Source: a virus
Taxonomy: Duplodnaviria; Caudoviricetes
Length of the DNA stretch: 64,000 nucleotides
Virus record (IMG/VR): IMGVR_UViG_3300029305_001467
Span: 36,520-100,519 of that record
Direction: 5' to 3' (one strand)
The position numbers were made by a program, and so were the translations under genes. The notes beneath the pieces are model-generated. The model was not told the origin of the DNA, ran no database searches, and was given only the letters and a program-made list of their open reading frames with translations. Each line of letters starts with the position of its first letter. Positions within the stretch are counted from its first letter, which is position 1. Shown here piece by piece: positions 45,298 to 58,396 of the stretch.

Positions 45298-45498
45298 ATG
45301 AAGATATGTATAAAAGATCAATTACAAAAGAAAAACATGAGCAGGTATGAACTTGCCAAACGTATAGGAGTTACTTATCCTACCATAGATAATATATATA
45401 AAAGTGCCAGTACTTCTATTAAATTTGAAACTCTTCAATTAATATGTAATGAACTTGATTGTACTCCAAATGACATTCTCATTATGGAGACTAAGTAA
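45298..45498 (+). CDS. Xre/Cro-C1 HTH repressor
   Basis: SRYELAKRIGVTYPTI...LQLICNELDCTPNDIL; the only clear plus-strand gene. Confidence 0.9.
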   Translation: MKICIKDQLQKKNMSRYELAKRIGVTYPTIDNIYKSASTSIKFETLQLICNELDCTPNDILIMETK

Positions 45499-45565
45499 GA
45501 TTATACTTCACAATCATCTCCTCTTTCAATGCAAAACATTTTCCAACTTAACCAGGAATTAACAA

Positions 45566-45593
45566 AGGCGATACTTCATAATAGTATCGCCTT
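45566..45593. terminator. Bidirectional hairpin between xre and the convergent gene
   Basis: AAGGCGATACT-tcataat-AGTATCGCCTT. Confidence 0.6.
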
Positions 45594-45630
45594 AACTGTT
45601 CTATAAAACGGACAATCTAAAGTGATACAT

Positions 45631-46038
45631 TTATACCAATTTTATCTCTATTTGATATTTGCCATTTTGTTTCTTTGCATATATGGCAGCCGTTGAAAAG
45701 TGTTTCGACTCAGCAAACTTAGGAATTCTTGCCCTCTCGCTTAATCCACCATCTACTGGTATATACCCAAACTGTGCCATCACAAACTTAATCATTCTAC
45801 CCACATTCTGACGATGTACCGCATTTTGATTTTTCCCTTCATGGTGTAATGGAGAAAGTTTTGAATTTTCAAACCTCTTTTCCAACTCTTTTACGATTGG
45901 TGTTATAGCTGGCAACCCCATTTCGGAAGCAATTATCATCTTGTTTACCGACTCAGGCAAGGATATAAAATCCATAATTGCTCTTGTATCACTGTTGTCA
46001 ATGCTACTTCCTACAAAATATTCATCTGTTATACTCAT
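45631..46038 (-). CDS. Hypothetical protein, self-contained moron-like unit
   Basis: Own upstream region with TGTTCAGTTA direct repeats; flanked by hairpins and boundary sites 45603 and 46165. Confidence 0.65.
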   Translation of the reverse strand: MSITDEYFVGSSIDNSDTRAIMDFISLPESVNKMIIASEMGLPAITPIVKELEKRFENSKLSPLHHEGKNQNAVHRQNVGRMIKFVMAQFGYIPVDGGLSERARIPKFAESKHFSTAAIYAKKQNGKYQIEIKLV

Positions 46039-48068
46039 ATTTAGACCTCCTTAACTAAGCATAATGTTCAGTTACTAAATATAATGTAACATATTGTTCA
46101 GTTAATTGCAAGTAGAAAATATAAAAAGATGCTAAAAATTTTAGCATCTCATTTTTTGTTCTTTATAAAATAGTTAATTTATTGCCATTTTCTCTAAGTT
46201 ATCAGATGCGAATTTACTGCCAACCTCACAAATGAACTCGTTCTTACCATTGAAAAGGTCGTTATATTCACCACCGTCTTCATATTCTTCTGTTTCAAAG
46301 TTATATGCACCATTCTCAGTCAGTATGTCGCCTTGTTTCAGTCTGAATCTTCCAGTCTGACAATCCTGCTTTACTCTGTATTTATCTCCTATCATATCCA
46401 CACCTCCAAATCACCTTAAAATTTCACTTTTATCTAGTCTTCTATGATAAGACCTTCCTTAATATTAATTTCGTTTAACAATACATTATGACTCACATAA
46501 TCTGTAGTTCTGCTATCATAATATTCATAAACTTCTTTCTGTGCAGTCTCTTTGCTATCGCTTACAATGATTCCGGTTTTATGATAATCCTTATCATTGT
46601 CATCTGTAAGTTCTATTTCATACTTAAATATTTTCACTTTACCACCTCCAAATACTAAATCAAACTAGAATTTGGTTACTCTAAAATCTTATCAATACAA
46701 GCATTCCAACCGTTATCCCATCCTTCGTCATATCCTTTAGGAAACGGATGCTGTTCTCTCTTTTCCGGAATCGGTCGCAGCGGACACCATGACGGTCTAT
46801 GATTACTAATTTTAGGTGCAACATTACATAAAATACAACATCTTCCGCTTTGTAACCTACACAAATACTCACATTCGCTACAATCGTTTGGCATATTAAT
46901 AATTAAAGCCGCCTTACCCATATCAACACCTCCAATAGAATCAGCCTTCTATTCGCCTCAATTTTTTTCTTCCCATTCCCTATATTCTTCTAAATATACT
47001 GGAATTTCTTCCTTAATCATTCGTGGAAAGTCTTTCCAACTCACAATCTTATAGTGTTTGGCATAATAGTAATTATTAACATAGCCGTAAATCACAAAAT
47101 CCCCAACTCGAATATATCCATGTTCTTTCATAAACAATTCTTTGGAATCATCAGTGGCTAAGTAAATTTTTTGTCCATTACAAAATTCTTTTATTTCATC
47201 AAGATTATCACCCATGTACCGAACCCATTCAACTGTTTGTTCGGGAATTGGTAATAAAGTCGCTTCTCTCATACTCTACCTCCATAGAACCATTCTTCTA
47301 TCTACTATTCAATATACGACTTACAAGAATTCACTGATTGTTACTCTTTTATCTTGCTCAATTTTGCATTTAGAATGCCTTCTATACCCGGAAAAATCAC
47401 GCATATCTTGCCCATCCATATAGCCTAATTGACAATCTGCCTCTTCACCACTCTCATTATGACATATATAAGGAGACGTAGAAAAAGCTGGGCACTCTCT
47501 ACATTTTTCTGGGTATCTTTCCATCTCATAACAAACTTTATATTTAATCATATTTACCTCCAATAAAACCCGTCTTCTATTGTTACTTTACACAATCCAT
47601 ATAACTTCCTTTTTGCAACATATAACCCATACTTCTATCATGCATATTCTTTAACTTATCAAAGTCAACTTTTTCTTTTGGAATTCTAATGCTCCAAGGA
47701 TATTGTACTGCCCAATCTTCATTATATAAAAACTCCATTGGAACTACCGCACCATCTTCGTAATAAAAATCTCCCTTGTAGTAATGCATAGATTGGTTTC
47801 GGTCAAACATCTCACTTGCAACAAAATTACCTTCTCTTGCTGATAAAAATGCTTCCTTAAGATTCATACTATCACTCTACCTCTCTCCTCATTAGGTATT
47901 TCTCTATTTCTCCTCTAATTCTCATTAATTCATTTGTATAGTAATCTTTCTCCTTTTCTGTCTTTGCAGAACGCCACATATCATAAGCGACTTTCTCTTG
48001 AATATATAAGCCATCTATAATATCCATCATTTACCTCCATTCTTCACCATAAAAACAGCATTTCAAAG

Positions 48069-48875
48069 CTATTCTAATTCACTCAACATATCTTCTACTA
48101 CCTTAAGATGGTTTTCATCCATTGCCTTACCGGTTCTGTTAAGCATTAAGAAATATTTCAACACAGTTTTTCTATCAGTTTCCCCAACTTCTGCCACAGA
48201 AACAGTATGACTTCTAAATACTGACTTATCCTTTCCACTTAATTCGTTAAAATATTTTCCCTTGTAAGTAATCTTATTCTCATAAAACTCAATCAACGTG
48301 CTTAAACGCTGCTTACCATCAAGTATCTCATAACCAAAATCTCTCTCAATCCATTTAGAGTCAGACAGTCGAATGAATACAAATTTTCCTATATCAATAT
48401 TCTTAAAAACACTATCAAGTAGCATTTCTTTGTCTTCTTGTGTCCATACGTATCCCCTCTGATAGTCAGGGTTAAAGTCAACACCAAAGAAATAATGCTT
48501 TCTGATTATACTCTCTATGGTATCGTTGTTAAAATATAATCTTACATCCTGGTTTTCTGAGAAATTGGTGTCTCCGCCAATAATAGGTCTTACGTCTACC
48601 CAAGATGCAATCCTATATGTTTCGTAATCATATGGATTTCCGTAATTATTACTTGTAGCAATACATCTTAACCCATACACCTTTCCATCATAAAAAATCT
48701 CATCCACAGTTGCTTCCTTCATTGCACCATAAATTACTTTATCTCCAATGTTAAAAAAGTAAGAAGGCTCATTTAAATGTGACACTTCGTTTTGTATATG
48801 ACTTAAACCATTTTTCTTTTCTTCTTCCATCTTTTCTTCAATAGTTAATTCTTTTTCAATTTTCTTTCTTGCCAT
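48069..48875 (-). CDS. DUF262 (GmrS-like) domain protein
   Basis: PDYQRGYVWT...ILDGKQRLST...LNRTG. Confidence 0.85.
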   Translation of the reverse strand: MARKKIEKELTIEEKMEEEKKNGLSHIQNEVSHLNEPSYFFNIGDKVIYGAMKEATVDEIFYDGKVYGLRCIATSNNYGNPYDYETYRIASWVDVRPIIGGDTNFSENQDVRLYFNNDTIESIIRKHYFFGVDFNPDYQRGYVWTQEDKEMLLDSVFKNIDIGKFVFIRLSDSKWIERDFGYEILDGKQRLSTLIEFYENKITYKGKYFNELSGKDKSVFRSHTVSVAEVGETDRKTVLKYFLMLNRTGKAMDENHLKVVEDMLSELE

Positions 48876-49890
48876 ATTCTTATCCTCCTTTTTGTCAATG
48901 AAAACCAGAATTTATCGTTATTTATCAAACATACTCGTTGTCTTTTTTAACCATTCTTCAAGACCATAACCGGTATGATCTATCAGTTTTTCTTCTAATC
49001 TTTCATACTCAGCGAGTCTTTTATAAAGTTCATTGTACTTTGGTGCAGCTTCAGCCAACATCCGATACTTCATTTGTTCTTCCTTTGACCCAAAGCTTAC
49101 AAAATAATTATCACAAACGAGCTTTAGCTTGTCAGATGTCATTCTTTCCATATGACTACTTCCTTTCCATTATATCACATCACTCTTTACTTCTCTACTT
49201 AAAATCTTCTCTTAATCCAACTTTCCATTCGTGAAGCTTAAACCTGGTATCAATATCAGTCTTGCTGCCCATGCTCATGATAGTATCGAACAAGCTAGAC
49301 AGATTAGTTTCAAATCCTTTCTGTTTATACTCTTCTACCAACTTCTCCAACCGGTTAATCTCTTCATCATCAAGAACATACTTTACATTCAATATTTGCA
49401 TACAAGTCACCTCCAATCTAAGTATTGCCAATTTTGATGAAACGATGATTTCATGGTTATTTTTCATCTTCTTTGTAGTATTTTTCAAAGTGTTCCTTTG
49501 ATTCTTCTGCTTTCTTTAGGTAATAATCTGCAACTGAACCTGCAACTCTAATTTGCCATAATTCCTCATACTGATACCACATATGTCTTAACTCATGTTC
49601 TCTGTCAACCAGACTCTTATTATCGTTGGATAATAACCGATACATATTAATCATTTCACTATAGCATCCACTACAAATTCTACTTTTAAAACAAGCCCAC
49701 ATTGACATAGCACCAATATTTCCATTAGAACAAAGTGCCAGTACCTTCTTTCCATAATCTTCTACAAGTTTATCCAATTCTTCTCTTGTAACTTTTCTGT
49801 ATTTACAAGGTGTCCAAATTCCATTCTCATCTACTCTAACCATATAATATTCTTTCTTTGCCATAATCAAATCCTCCAATCTTTACAATA

Positions 49891-49927
49891 AAAAAGGTAT
49901 CTGGATTATTATTCTCCAAATACCTTT
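49891..49927 (-). terminator. Rho-independent terminator
   Basis: Minus strand AAAGGTATTTGGA...TCCAGATACC-TTTTTT. Confidence 0.55.
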
Positions 49928-51619
49928 GCGTTTTATTCACCATATAATTCTTCCCAATAAGTACAATTCTCACCACCATGTTCTGTATAATAATCATCCA
50001 TTTCTTCTTCAGTCATGTTATCCATCTGTTTACAGTCCATAATGCCAGTTGCATTATAATCATTAATACAATGTTTACAGTTCCAACAACTCTTTTTCAT
50101 TTCCATTCCTCCTTAGAAATCTAATTTTATTTAGACTCTACTAACTCAAGCCAACTGACTGTAACATGCTTCTGTTCAATTCCGTCTTCTGTTTCAAAGT
50201 CAACATCACATTCCGAATCAGTTTCCCACGCATATCCTATAAAAGTTCCGTATAACTCCAAGTTTCTATGATATACTCTATCGCCTTCTTTAAATTTCTT
50301 TTCCATATGCTTTCCTCCTATAACCATAAATCTTAGATTCTATTTAATTTAATCTTTTAAAACTTCTACTTCTTCTGTTTCTTCCCTTGTTAATGGATAA
50401 ATACCATATTCGCACTCTACCGCTCTTCCAATTTCAATCCACTTAGGATTAGTAGCATCTGTTCCAAGTTCACCTTCTGTAGTTAAATATACCTTTTCAA
50501 TTCTTCCACTTTCAAACTTAATCTTACAACCTTCTGTAATTTCTTTTCCGTTCTTATCAAAATACTTTAATTCGTTATTTACTGTTTTAATCATATCTTA
50601 TCCTCCATTTTCTCGATGAAACCTATAATCTAATGCTACTCTACTTCTATTGTTATTGTTACTCTTTGTCCTTCTTTAATATCCGATTTGCCTTTAAAGT
50701 TTGCAATCTCATCTAATGCGACTACAATACTTGAACTAAAGTAATCATCAGATAATAATGTTTCTTCTTTGTTTTCATTCTCTACGACAAAGCCCCAAAG
50801 ATTTTCGCTTTCGTCTATCAACTTTGAGTGCCCTGTAATTGAATATTTTTCCATAACATCACTCTCCTATTCAATGAAACTATTATTTCATCCTATTCCT
50901 TTTCGTCTAATCTCTAATGCTTCATCAGCATCATCTACATTAAATCCATATCTTTCACACAACGTTCTATACTCTGACATATTATTTGCGTCAGCTCCTA
51001 CATTATCTAATGCCAGATATAATTTCGCCATTAACCAGTGAATATCTTTTAAAACTCTATTATCTTCCATATTAATCTCTCCTTCCATAAAACAATCATT
51101 TCATCTGTGTATCAATCCACTTCTTTGCATCTTTTAATTTTCCTTCACACCATAGTCTGTTTTCAAAACGAGTATCTTCTTCTTTGTATACTTCATAATT
51201 TGGTAAACATGCTCCATTTACTGTATGGATGGTGGTTCTTTTTATTACATATCTATTATAATTTCTAAAATTACTATTCATATTAATTCCTCCAATCCGT
51301 CAATAAAATAATCCTTCTATTGTTCTTTTCTCTCATTCTCTACTTCTCTACAGAGCTGCGTAAATTCTTCTTGTGATAACATTCCGTCCGGCTGAATCTT
51401 ACTAAGGTAATAATCAACCATATCTGCCAAGAAATTATATGAAGCATCTGTCCTAGCTAAGTCCATCATCGATCCTAATGTGAACTTAACAATCTTTGTG
51501 TAAGTTTTCTTGTCTTTAATAGGTTCTTTATTCATTTGTATCTACCTCCTTAAAATGGACAAGTGAAAAAAGTAATAGCAATCTTCATTGTGTGTTCATC
51601 AATTGCTTTTAAAATACGT

Positions 51620-51883
51620 TTAAGAAATTTTTTCATCACTGCCTCCATAGTACTCATTATGTAACTTCTCTGCTCTTTCCATCATATCATTAAAGTTGTC
51701 ACAGTATCTAACCTCTAGGTTCTTCGTAACATCTCCACATTGTAAACAATACAAATCCTTTACATGTCCCTTCTCTCTTTGGTTTCCTCTCTGTATTCCC
51801 ATGCCTACATGGTTTTCTCCACAGCAACATAAGCAGATAAAACGACTGCTCTTCTTAGGATTACCCATCTTACATCTACACAT
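51620..51883 (-). CDS. Zn-ribbon protein (ribosomal L33-like fold)
   Basis: FICLCC...REKGHVKDLYCLQC. Confidence 0.5.
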   Translation of the reverse strand: MCRCKMGNPKKSSRFICLCCCGENHVGMGIQRGNQREKGHVKDLYCLQCGDVTKNLEVRYCDNFNDMMERAEKLHNEYYGGSDEKIS

Positions 51884-51957
51884 TAGTATATCACATCCTT
51901 TCTATTTTTTCCACTAGAAAAGCCACCAAGTTCTCACCTGATGGTTTTCATTTTTCT

Positions 51958-52962
51958 CTACGAAACTCTCAATTCATTGGCTCTTGTAATCGCTTCATGA
52001 TAAATCTCCATGCTGGATTTGTCTGTACCTTTTGCTTTATCTATTGTTTCCATAATAATAAGACCAAAATCTTCTGTCTTTAATGATGTTATAGGGCTGT
52101 TTTTTATAAGCTCTTCTTCACATCCATCTAACACATTCTTAATTAAGTTTCCGTAATTATCCACATATCTCTTATTCTTTTCTTTTGTTAATCCAATATA
52201 ATCCAATGTCTGTTGTATTGTTGCATGACCAAACATTTTGGAAAGTGAAATCAAACAATCTGGGTCAAATGGATGAAGCTGATGAATCCAGTAGCCAAAT
52301 GACTTCCTGAGACTATGGGAACTGATTCGGTACTGTATCTGGCAATCTTCAACTGCTTTGTTCAGAATATTTCTATATGCATTAGTGTGCCATTTATCTA
52401 TGTCAGCCCACTCTACTCTATAATACAGATATTCTCCTAGTGTTTTATATCTCTTCTGCTTTCCAAACTCCTTCAGAATGTTTTCCTTTCGCTTATCTGA
52501 CAAATCCTTATTCAAGAACTCGCACCATTTTTCTAAGTCGTTTTCTGCATATACAGGATTTCCTTCTCTTGCAATCCAATCTGTTTTACTCTGAAATGCA
52601 AAGATAAATTCATCATAATGTTCCATCGGATTAACATTCATCTTCTCACAGTATTTATCCACCACCTCAAATACCATATGAGTAATTGGAACTTCTACTG
52701 TTTTGCCAGTTTTTTGTTCTTCAATAGTAGTCATTTCTTCTCTCTGATTTCCATTCTCATAATACAAATCAGACCATCTCATTGAAATGGTATCACTGAT
52801 ACGTCTTGCCAGTAACATTTCCAACAACGTAATCAAATAGCCATCCCATTCATTATTCCGTTCAAACCATTCAACAACATTCTTGATATCTTCCAGATTC
52901 CAGAACGGATAAACTTCCGTTTTCCCTTTCTTTTTAGTAGCATAATCTCTCTTCTGTGCCAT
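51958..52962 (-). CDS. Tyrosine recombinase
   Basis: Catalytic set: RRISD (R), EQKTGK (K), SHSLRK (HxxR), FGH...TLDY (H, Y); ATG at 52962 after GGAGG. Confidence 0.92.
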   Translation of the reverse strand: MAQKRDYATKKKGKTEVYPFWNLEDIKNVVEWFERNNEWDGYLITLLEMLLARRISDTISMRWSDLYYENGNQREEMTTIEEQKTGKTVEVPITHMVFEVVDKYCEKMNVNPMEHYDEFIFAFQSKTDWIAREGNPVYAENDLEKWCEFLNKDLSDKRKENILKEFGKQKRYKTLGEYLYYRVEWADIDKWHTNAYRNILNKAVEDCQIQYRISSHSLRKSFGYWIHQLHPFDPDCLISLSKMFGHATIQQTLDYIGLTKEKNKRYVDNYGNLIKNVLDGCEEELIKNSPITSLKTEDFGLIIMETIDKAKGTDKSSMEIYHEAITRANELRVS

Positions 52963-53245
52963 AACATCAACCTCCTTAAATACCAATCAGTTCCTTTATT
53001 ATATTCTCCAAATCATCAATGCAACTTTCTAATGTATCAATTGCATCTTCTGATTCAGAACCCCTCAATGAACATTGCAAATTCTCTGGCATATTATCAA
53101 ATGTATTCTGTTCTTCATCTAATACCTTTTGAAGATTTTCTTTACAGCTTTCAAGGTTCTTTCTAATATCTCTAATTTTGTCTCTTCTTTGTTTATTCAT
53201 GTTTACCTCCAAATAATAAGAGGAGATTTGCATCTCCTCTAAACA

Positions 53246-53809
53246 TTACTTTGCATCATAGAAAAAATATGTTTCACCACAATTAATTCTGAACTTATCA
53301 AACTCTTCTTTTGTTATTTCGATACCAGGGTCGCCAGGTGTCGTATCAGAAGGATATCTAAAATTGTCTGGTAGATACCATTTACGATACTTTTTAACTC
53401 CGTTTTCTATGGATGATGTAACCTTTGCAATATATCTATCTGTTTTAACTTCACATGACAAACTTCTTTTTATATCAAAATTATATCTTTTATAAGTCAA
53501 CCATCCACGCTCAATAGCATCTCTCTTATACTGTTCACTCTGAGCATTCATTCTTTTCCTAACATTTTCTTGTGGATCAATATAGACCTTACCAGTTCTC
53601 TGACCGGCATATACTAACTTGCTATTCTTATAATCATAAGTGGCAACAATCTTTTCTCCATTTGCATATTCATTGCACTTTCTATCGAGATATACCGGTG
53701 TGCCATCATCTAAATACCTATACGGCTTACTCATCATCTGTGCATTCTCAACACCTGCTTTAATTCCTGAAATTCCTAACGCTGCTCCTAAAAATAATAA
53801 TCCCCACAT
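53246..53809 (-). CDS. Hypothetical protein with N-terminal hydrophobic anchor
   Basis: MWGLLFLGAALGISG; own RBS and a TG-a-TAAAAT element upstream. Confidence 0.6.
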   Translation of the reverse strand: MWGLLFLGAALGISGIKAGVENAQMMSKPYRYLDDGTPVYLDRKCNEYANGEKIVATYDYKNSKLVYAGQRTGKVYIDPQENVRKRMNAQSEQYKRDAIERGWLTYKRYNFDIKRSLSCEVKTDRYIAKVTSSIENGVKKYRKWYLPDNFRYPSDTTPGDPGIEITKEEFDKFRINCGETYFFYDAK

Positions 53810-55297
53810 TTTATCAACCGCCTTTCTGTTATTCTTTTACCTTACAACTTTATTTTATCATACTTTCTGTCCGTTTTAAAGTACTTTCTACATCTGCTCT
53901 AGCTGTTCTAAATGTAAATCTTCTAAGAATTCTCTCTGCTCTTCCGTCATTACTGGAACTTTTTCTTTAACTTCATCCATAGCGTCACCTCCTTAAATCA
54001 CGAATTTTATCGTTACCCAACATATCCAATTTCTTTATCTTCTGCGTATAACAAATATTCCGCATAAGCTGCATCTGTCAAATCATACCAAGAACTCATA
54101 CTAACTTTGTCATGGTCTATCACTTCCTTATAGAGTGTTGGATATTTTTCTTTTACCTTTGGATTATGAATTACATCATAATTATCATTTACCATTTGAA
54201 CATGATTCATAATCATTGCTCCTTTCTCTTATAATAACCTCGTCCAATATGTTCTACTGTATCGGCTACATTTTTCCAAGGTTCTGTGCCTGTCCAAGTC
54301 CATTCGCTACCATAATAAAAGTCCTTGCAAGACCAATTTTCAAGCGAAGCATTTTCTCCAACAGTCTTTTTGATTCTTTCTTCGCCAGTCTTATTGTTCT
54401 TCATATGTACTGCCAGTTCCATAAACTCCTTCTCCTTTCACCATAAAACATGGATTTTATTCTGTCGCATCATCGTACTCCGAAGAAAGATATTCGAGCA
54501 GTCGCTCATAAATATCCAGTTGATGGTCATATAAATAATTGCACAGTTCAATATCTGTTTCGAAAAACATTTCTATTGCTGCTGAATCTGCCCATCTATT
54601 AAAAGCACTTCTAGTTGAAACTCTAAGCAACCACTTATTACGTGTCCCACTATGGGGTTCTACAATCAAATATATAACCGTGTCAGTTTGTGCTTGTAAC
54701 TTCCCGTTGAGTTCACAAATCTCATAGTTTCTGTAATCGTTTACAAACCATCTTTTGATATTTTCCATATTCACACCTCCTTAAAACAACCATCCGTTAT
54801 AGCATATCTCCGTGCTGTCTGGAAACTCCACATAAAATGTCAACGCTCCAAAACAGAGGAGATATGGGAGCAGTAAAATAATTGTAACTAACGGTTTTAT
54901 CAATATCATATTTCCCTCCAATCGACCATCAAATGCGGGTTCTATTCCGTTACTTCTCTTGGTACTAATTCATAAATCTTCAAGCCCTTAACAAACTCTC
55001 CCTTATCAAAAGAATTCTCACGGTCAAGAATTTCGCCAAGGATGGAATCATTTTGAAACTCAATTAAATCCACTCTGTCTCGAATTTCATTTAGAATCTT
55101 TTCTGCATCTTCTCTATTGGCAATGATAGTAGACCGATGCAAAGGCGTTTCGTACTCAACACTCACTGCTTCATGCTCTATTTTTTTGTATTGTCTATCG
55201 TATAGTGTATCTCTCTTAAATGAGATAAAGTTATAATCGCTACTTCCAATTACATACATAACATTTTCCTCCTTATACAATAAAATGTTGGTTTGGT

Positions 55298-55495
55298 TTA
55301 AAAACCTAATCTTACAATCTCATCACAATAACATTCAATATTATCAGGGGGTTTCGCTTATTGCCCAATATGATGTAAGCCACCGACCACCCTAATCATC
55401 TTTTCCCATGCTATTGCGCCACTCTCTGATAATTCTCCATTTTTCTTAAATGGCTTTGTAGCACCAAATTCCATTAAAATTTCTTCAAGTGTCAT
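55298..55495 (-). pseudogene. Disrupted paralog of 58397-58594
   Basis: MTLEEILMEFGATKPF...HIGQ*...YCDEIVRLGF; compensating indels with an internal TAA. Confidence 0.7.
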
Positions 55496-58396
55496 AATTC
55501 GCTCCTCCAATCAAATAAGGTTTCTATCTTGTTACCACATAAGCAACTACCAAGACCATGGCAAGCATAATCACAAACCACACCATCTCAGAATCTCCGC
55601 CGGTTGCATATGCATAAGCATCATCTGCCCATTTCCCTTTTTCTTCGTCCTTCATAGTCCCTCCAATCAATTCTTAATTTTTACATTACCAAAATTTATG
55701 ACCGTTCCAATATACTTCTGGACTCTTTCCTTTACATCATCCGGATAAGTCTCAACCACATATCCTGTAACAATATCAATCTTTGTAATACGGTGCTCTT
55801 CATCGTACCACACTCCTCCGACAGTACCTCCAGGAACTCTAAGAGGAAGACAATTATGTTCTATTGCAAACTTATCAACCATTAAATAATGGTATAACCA
55901 ATCTCTTTCCTCATCTATGCCAGCTAACTTATCCAATTCTCTTGTTAAATCACAAACATAATCAGAACAGAATTTATGTTCTAATTTCATATTATTTACC
56001 TCCATTCTACTCATAACACTTTGTAATTACTTGCATCTTACACTTCTTTACAATTTCGTCATCAATCTCACATGTGCCATCTTCATCAGCAAGAACTCTC
56101 GACTTTTTTGTTTCACAATAAGCTTCCTCTGTGAGCAATGAAATATCACAGGTCTCTACCGCTGCATCAACTAGGTCAATTGCTTCATCAAGATCCTTCA
56201 CTTCGTTTACCGGCACAAGTACCGTCTTCTCAAAAGTCATACTTGTTGTGATTGCATAATACTGCCTTGTGTTCTGTTCATAATTAATATTAATCTTTGC
56301 TTTCATAACATCAATCTTCCTTTCTTTATTATTCTCTAACTTCAATATTCAAATCGCCTTCATCATCAGAATAAATGTACACCACTGCCCTATCTAAGTA
56401 TTTAGGATATAAAGATTCAATACCACCTCCAAACACAGTTTCTACATTTCCATCTTCCTTAATGTTCTTAACTACTACATAACCTTGAACCTCAACCTGG
56501 TCTAACAAATCTCTTAATGTAAACATAATCATTACCTCCTTTGAATGTGAATTTTATTGCTATTCACATAACTCTTTTGCTAATGCCAACATTAATTCTT
56601 CTGCATTGTCAAAAGTAATAACAGTTCCGTTTCCAATGCCTGTGTAAATTTCTTTTGAAGCATCATAATCTTCTAAATGTTTTACCTCATATCCATCTAA
56701 CCAAGGACTTTCTGTTTCCTCTGTCAAATCAATCATATCCCTTGTCGGCACTTGCAACTCAATCATTACACAATTTCCATTTTCATCATCGTAGAACAAT
56801 CTAGCCGCTTGTTCATAATTCACACCAGTTTCTTCATTTTTCATGTTTTCAACAAACTGTTCAAAACTCTTTCTGTCTGTAATTCTTTTATAATTCCATT
56901 CAAATCTATACATAATACCTACCGTCCTTTCTTGTTAAAATACGAGTTTTATTGATTCTTTAATTGCTCGATTTCCTTTTTTAATTTGATATTTTTATCA
57001 ACTGCCTTTGAGTTTCCAATGTAATCCGTCATTGACTGTGCGATTTTCTTTTCAATAACATCAAGTATCATATCCTTATTCATCGCAATATATTTTTTAG
57101 TTTCTTCCTTGTACCAATCCCATCCTAATTCACTATCGTAAAGAACGACTTGATGACTATATCCTGAAGGATTTGCCAACAATCTAAATTTACCATTTTC
57201 TGACTGATGAATAATTTCAGGATGGTCACCATATGATGAACGGTAAAATTCCATTTTGATTCCAGTATATCCTGCACCACCATATTTAGATAACTCAGCT
57301 AATTCTTTAATAAAATCTTCAAGAGCACTTTCAACAAGTGTATTTCTCTTATCTGATAACTTACGATTTTCTGATTCAACATCACTGTTAATCTTCATTG
57401 CTTCATGCTTTAATTTTAAAAGTCTTTCTAAATTACTTAAATCTCTCATATAATCTACCTCCATTTTTCCTGTTAAAATTCCGATTCTATTTATATTCTG
57501 GACATACATCCATTGCCTTATCTCCACAAATGCACGTTAGGCAATGCATACATGTTCCATCGTTTGCTTTGTTTTGTTCGCAACTTCGACATTTACAATA
57601 AACATCATCATCTACACATGCACATGCAAACCTCATATCTAAATCATCCATACATTATCCTCACTTTCCACTTTAAAATCCTGATTTCAAAGCTATTCCC
57701 AATTAACAAACCGTTCAATCTCTTCTTCTTCAATTCCAATTCCATCAAGAAGACACATCAAAGACTTAACTGTATCTTCTTTATCCATTGACTGCTCCCA
57801 TACCCAATCAATAATATTTCTTATCATTCTTCCACCATCAGCATCTAAGGTAAAATTATTTCTTATATATTCCCAAAATTTTTCTTTCATAGGCATTCCC
57901 TCCGTTTTCTCTTTTAAATTGTGTTTCTGTTGCCATTTTCCTACGCCATGAGGTTCTGTTGTGCAGTAAATATCTGCGAATACCCCATCGGTTCCATCAA
58001 CGAAACTTTCTCTATCTGCCTCGATATCAACCTCTGGATGCTCATCATACCATTTCTTCAAACAAGCACAAGCCTCATCGTGTGATTCTCCTGAGAAAAT
58101 AGTCTCAGTTGAATTCCCGTCTTTTCTACTTCTCAAATCAATTTCCCAATATTCCATATCTTTTCCTCCAATCTACTGTTAAAATCATTATTCAATGGCT
58201 ATTTGTTTACTGAGCGTAGATAATTGTATGCTTCCCAATGTTTAGAAAACTTTATATCTACATCTGGCTTGAACTTTTCATTTTTCCAATAAACCCTATA
58301 CCCATCTTCAAACGGATATACATATCCGTTTTTATCTTCATATAACTTTTTTACTTCCATACCGATTCCTCCTCAAAATCACTCTTTTATGGCTAT

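Noticed and set aside
11005-56340. GAGAA(G)TAAT motif as a phage-sigma promoter element
   Set aside because: Several copies coincide with GGAG RBSs, and I cannot separate it from RBS/AT bias without a statistical scan.
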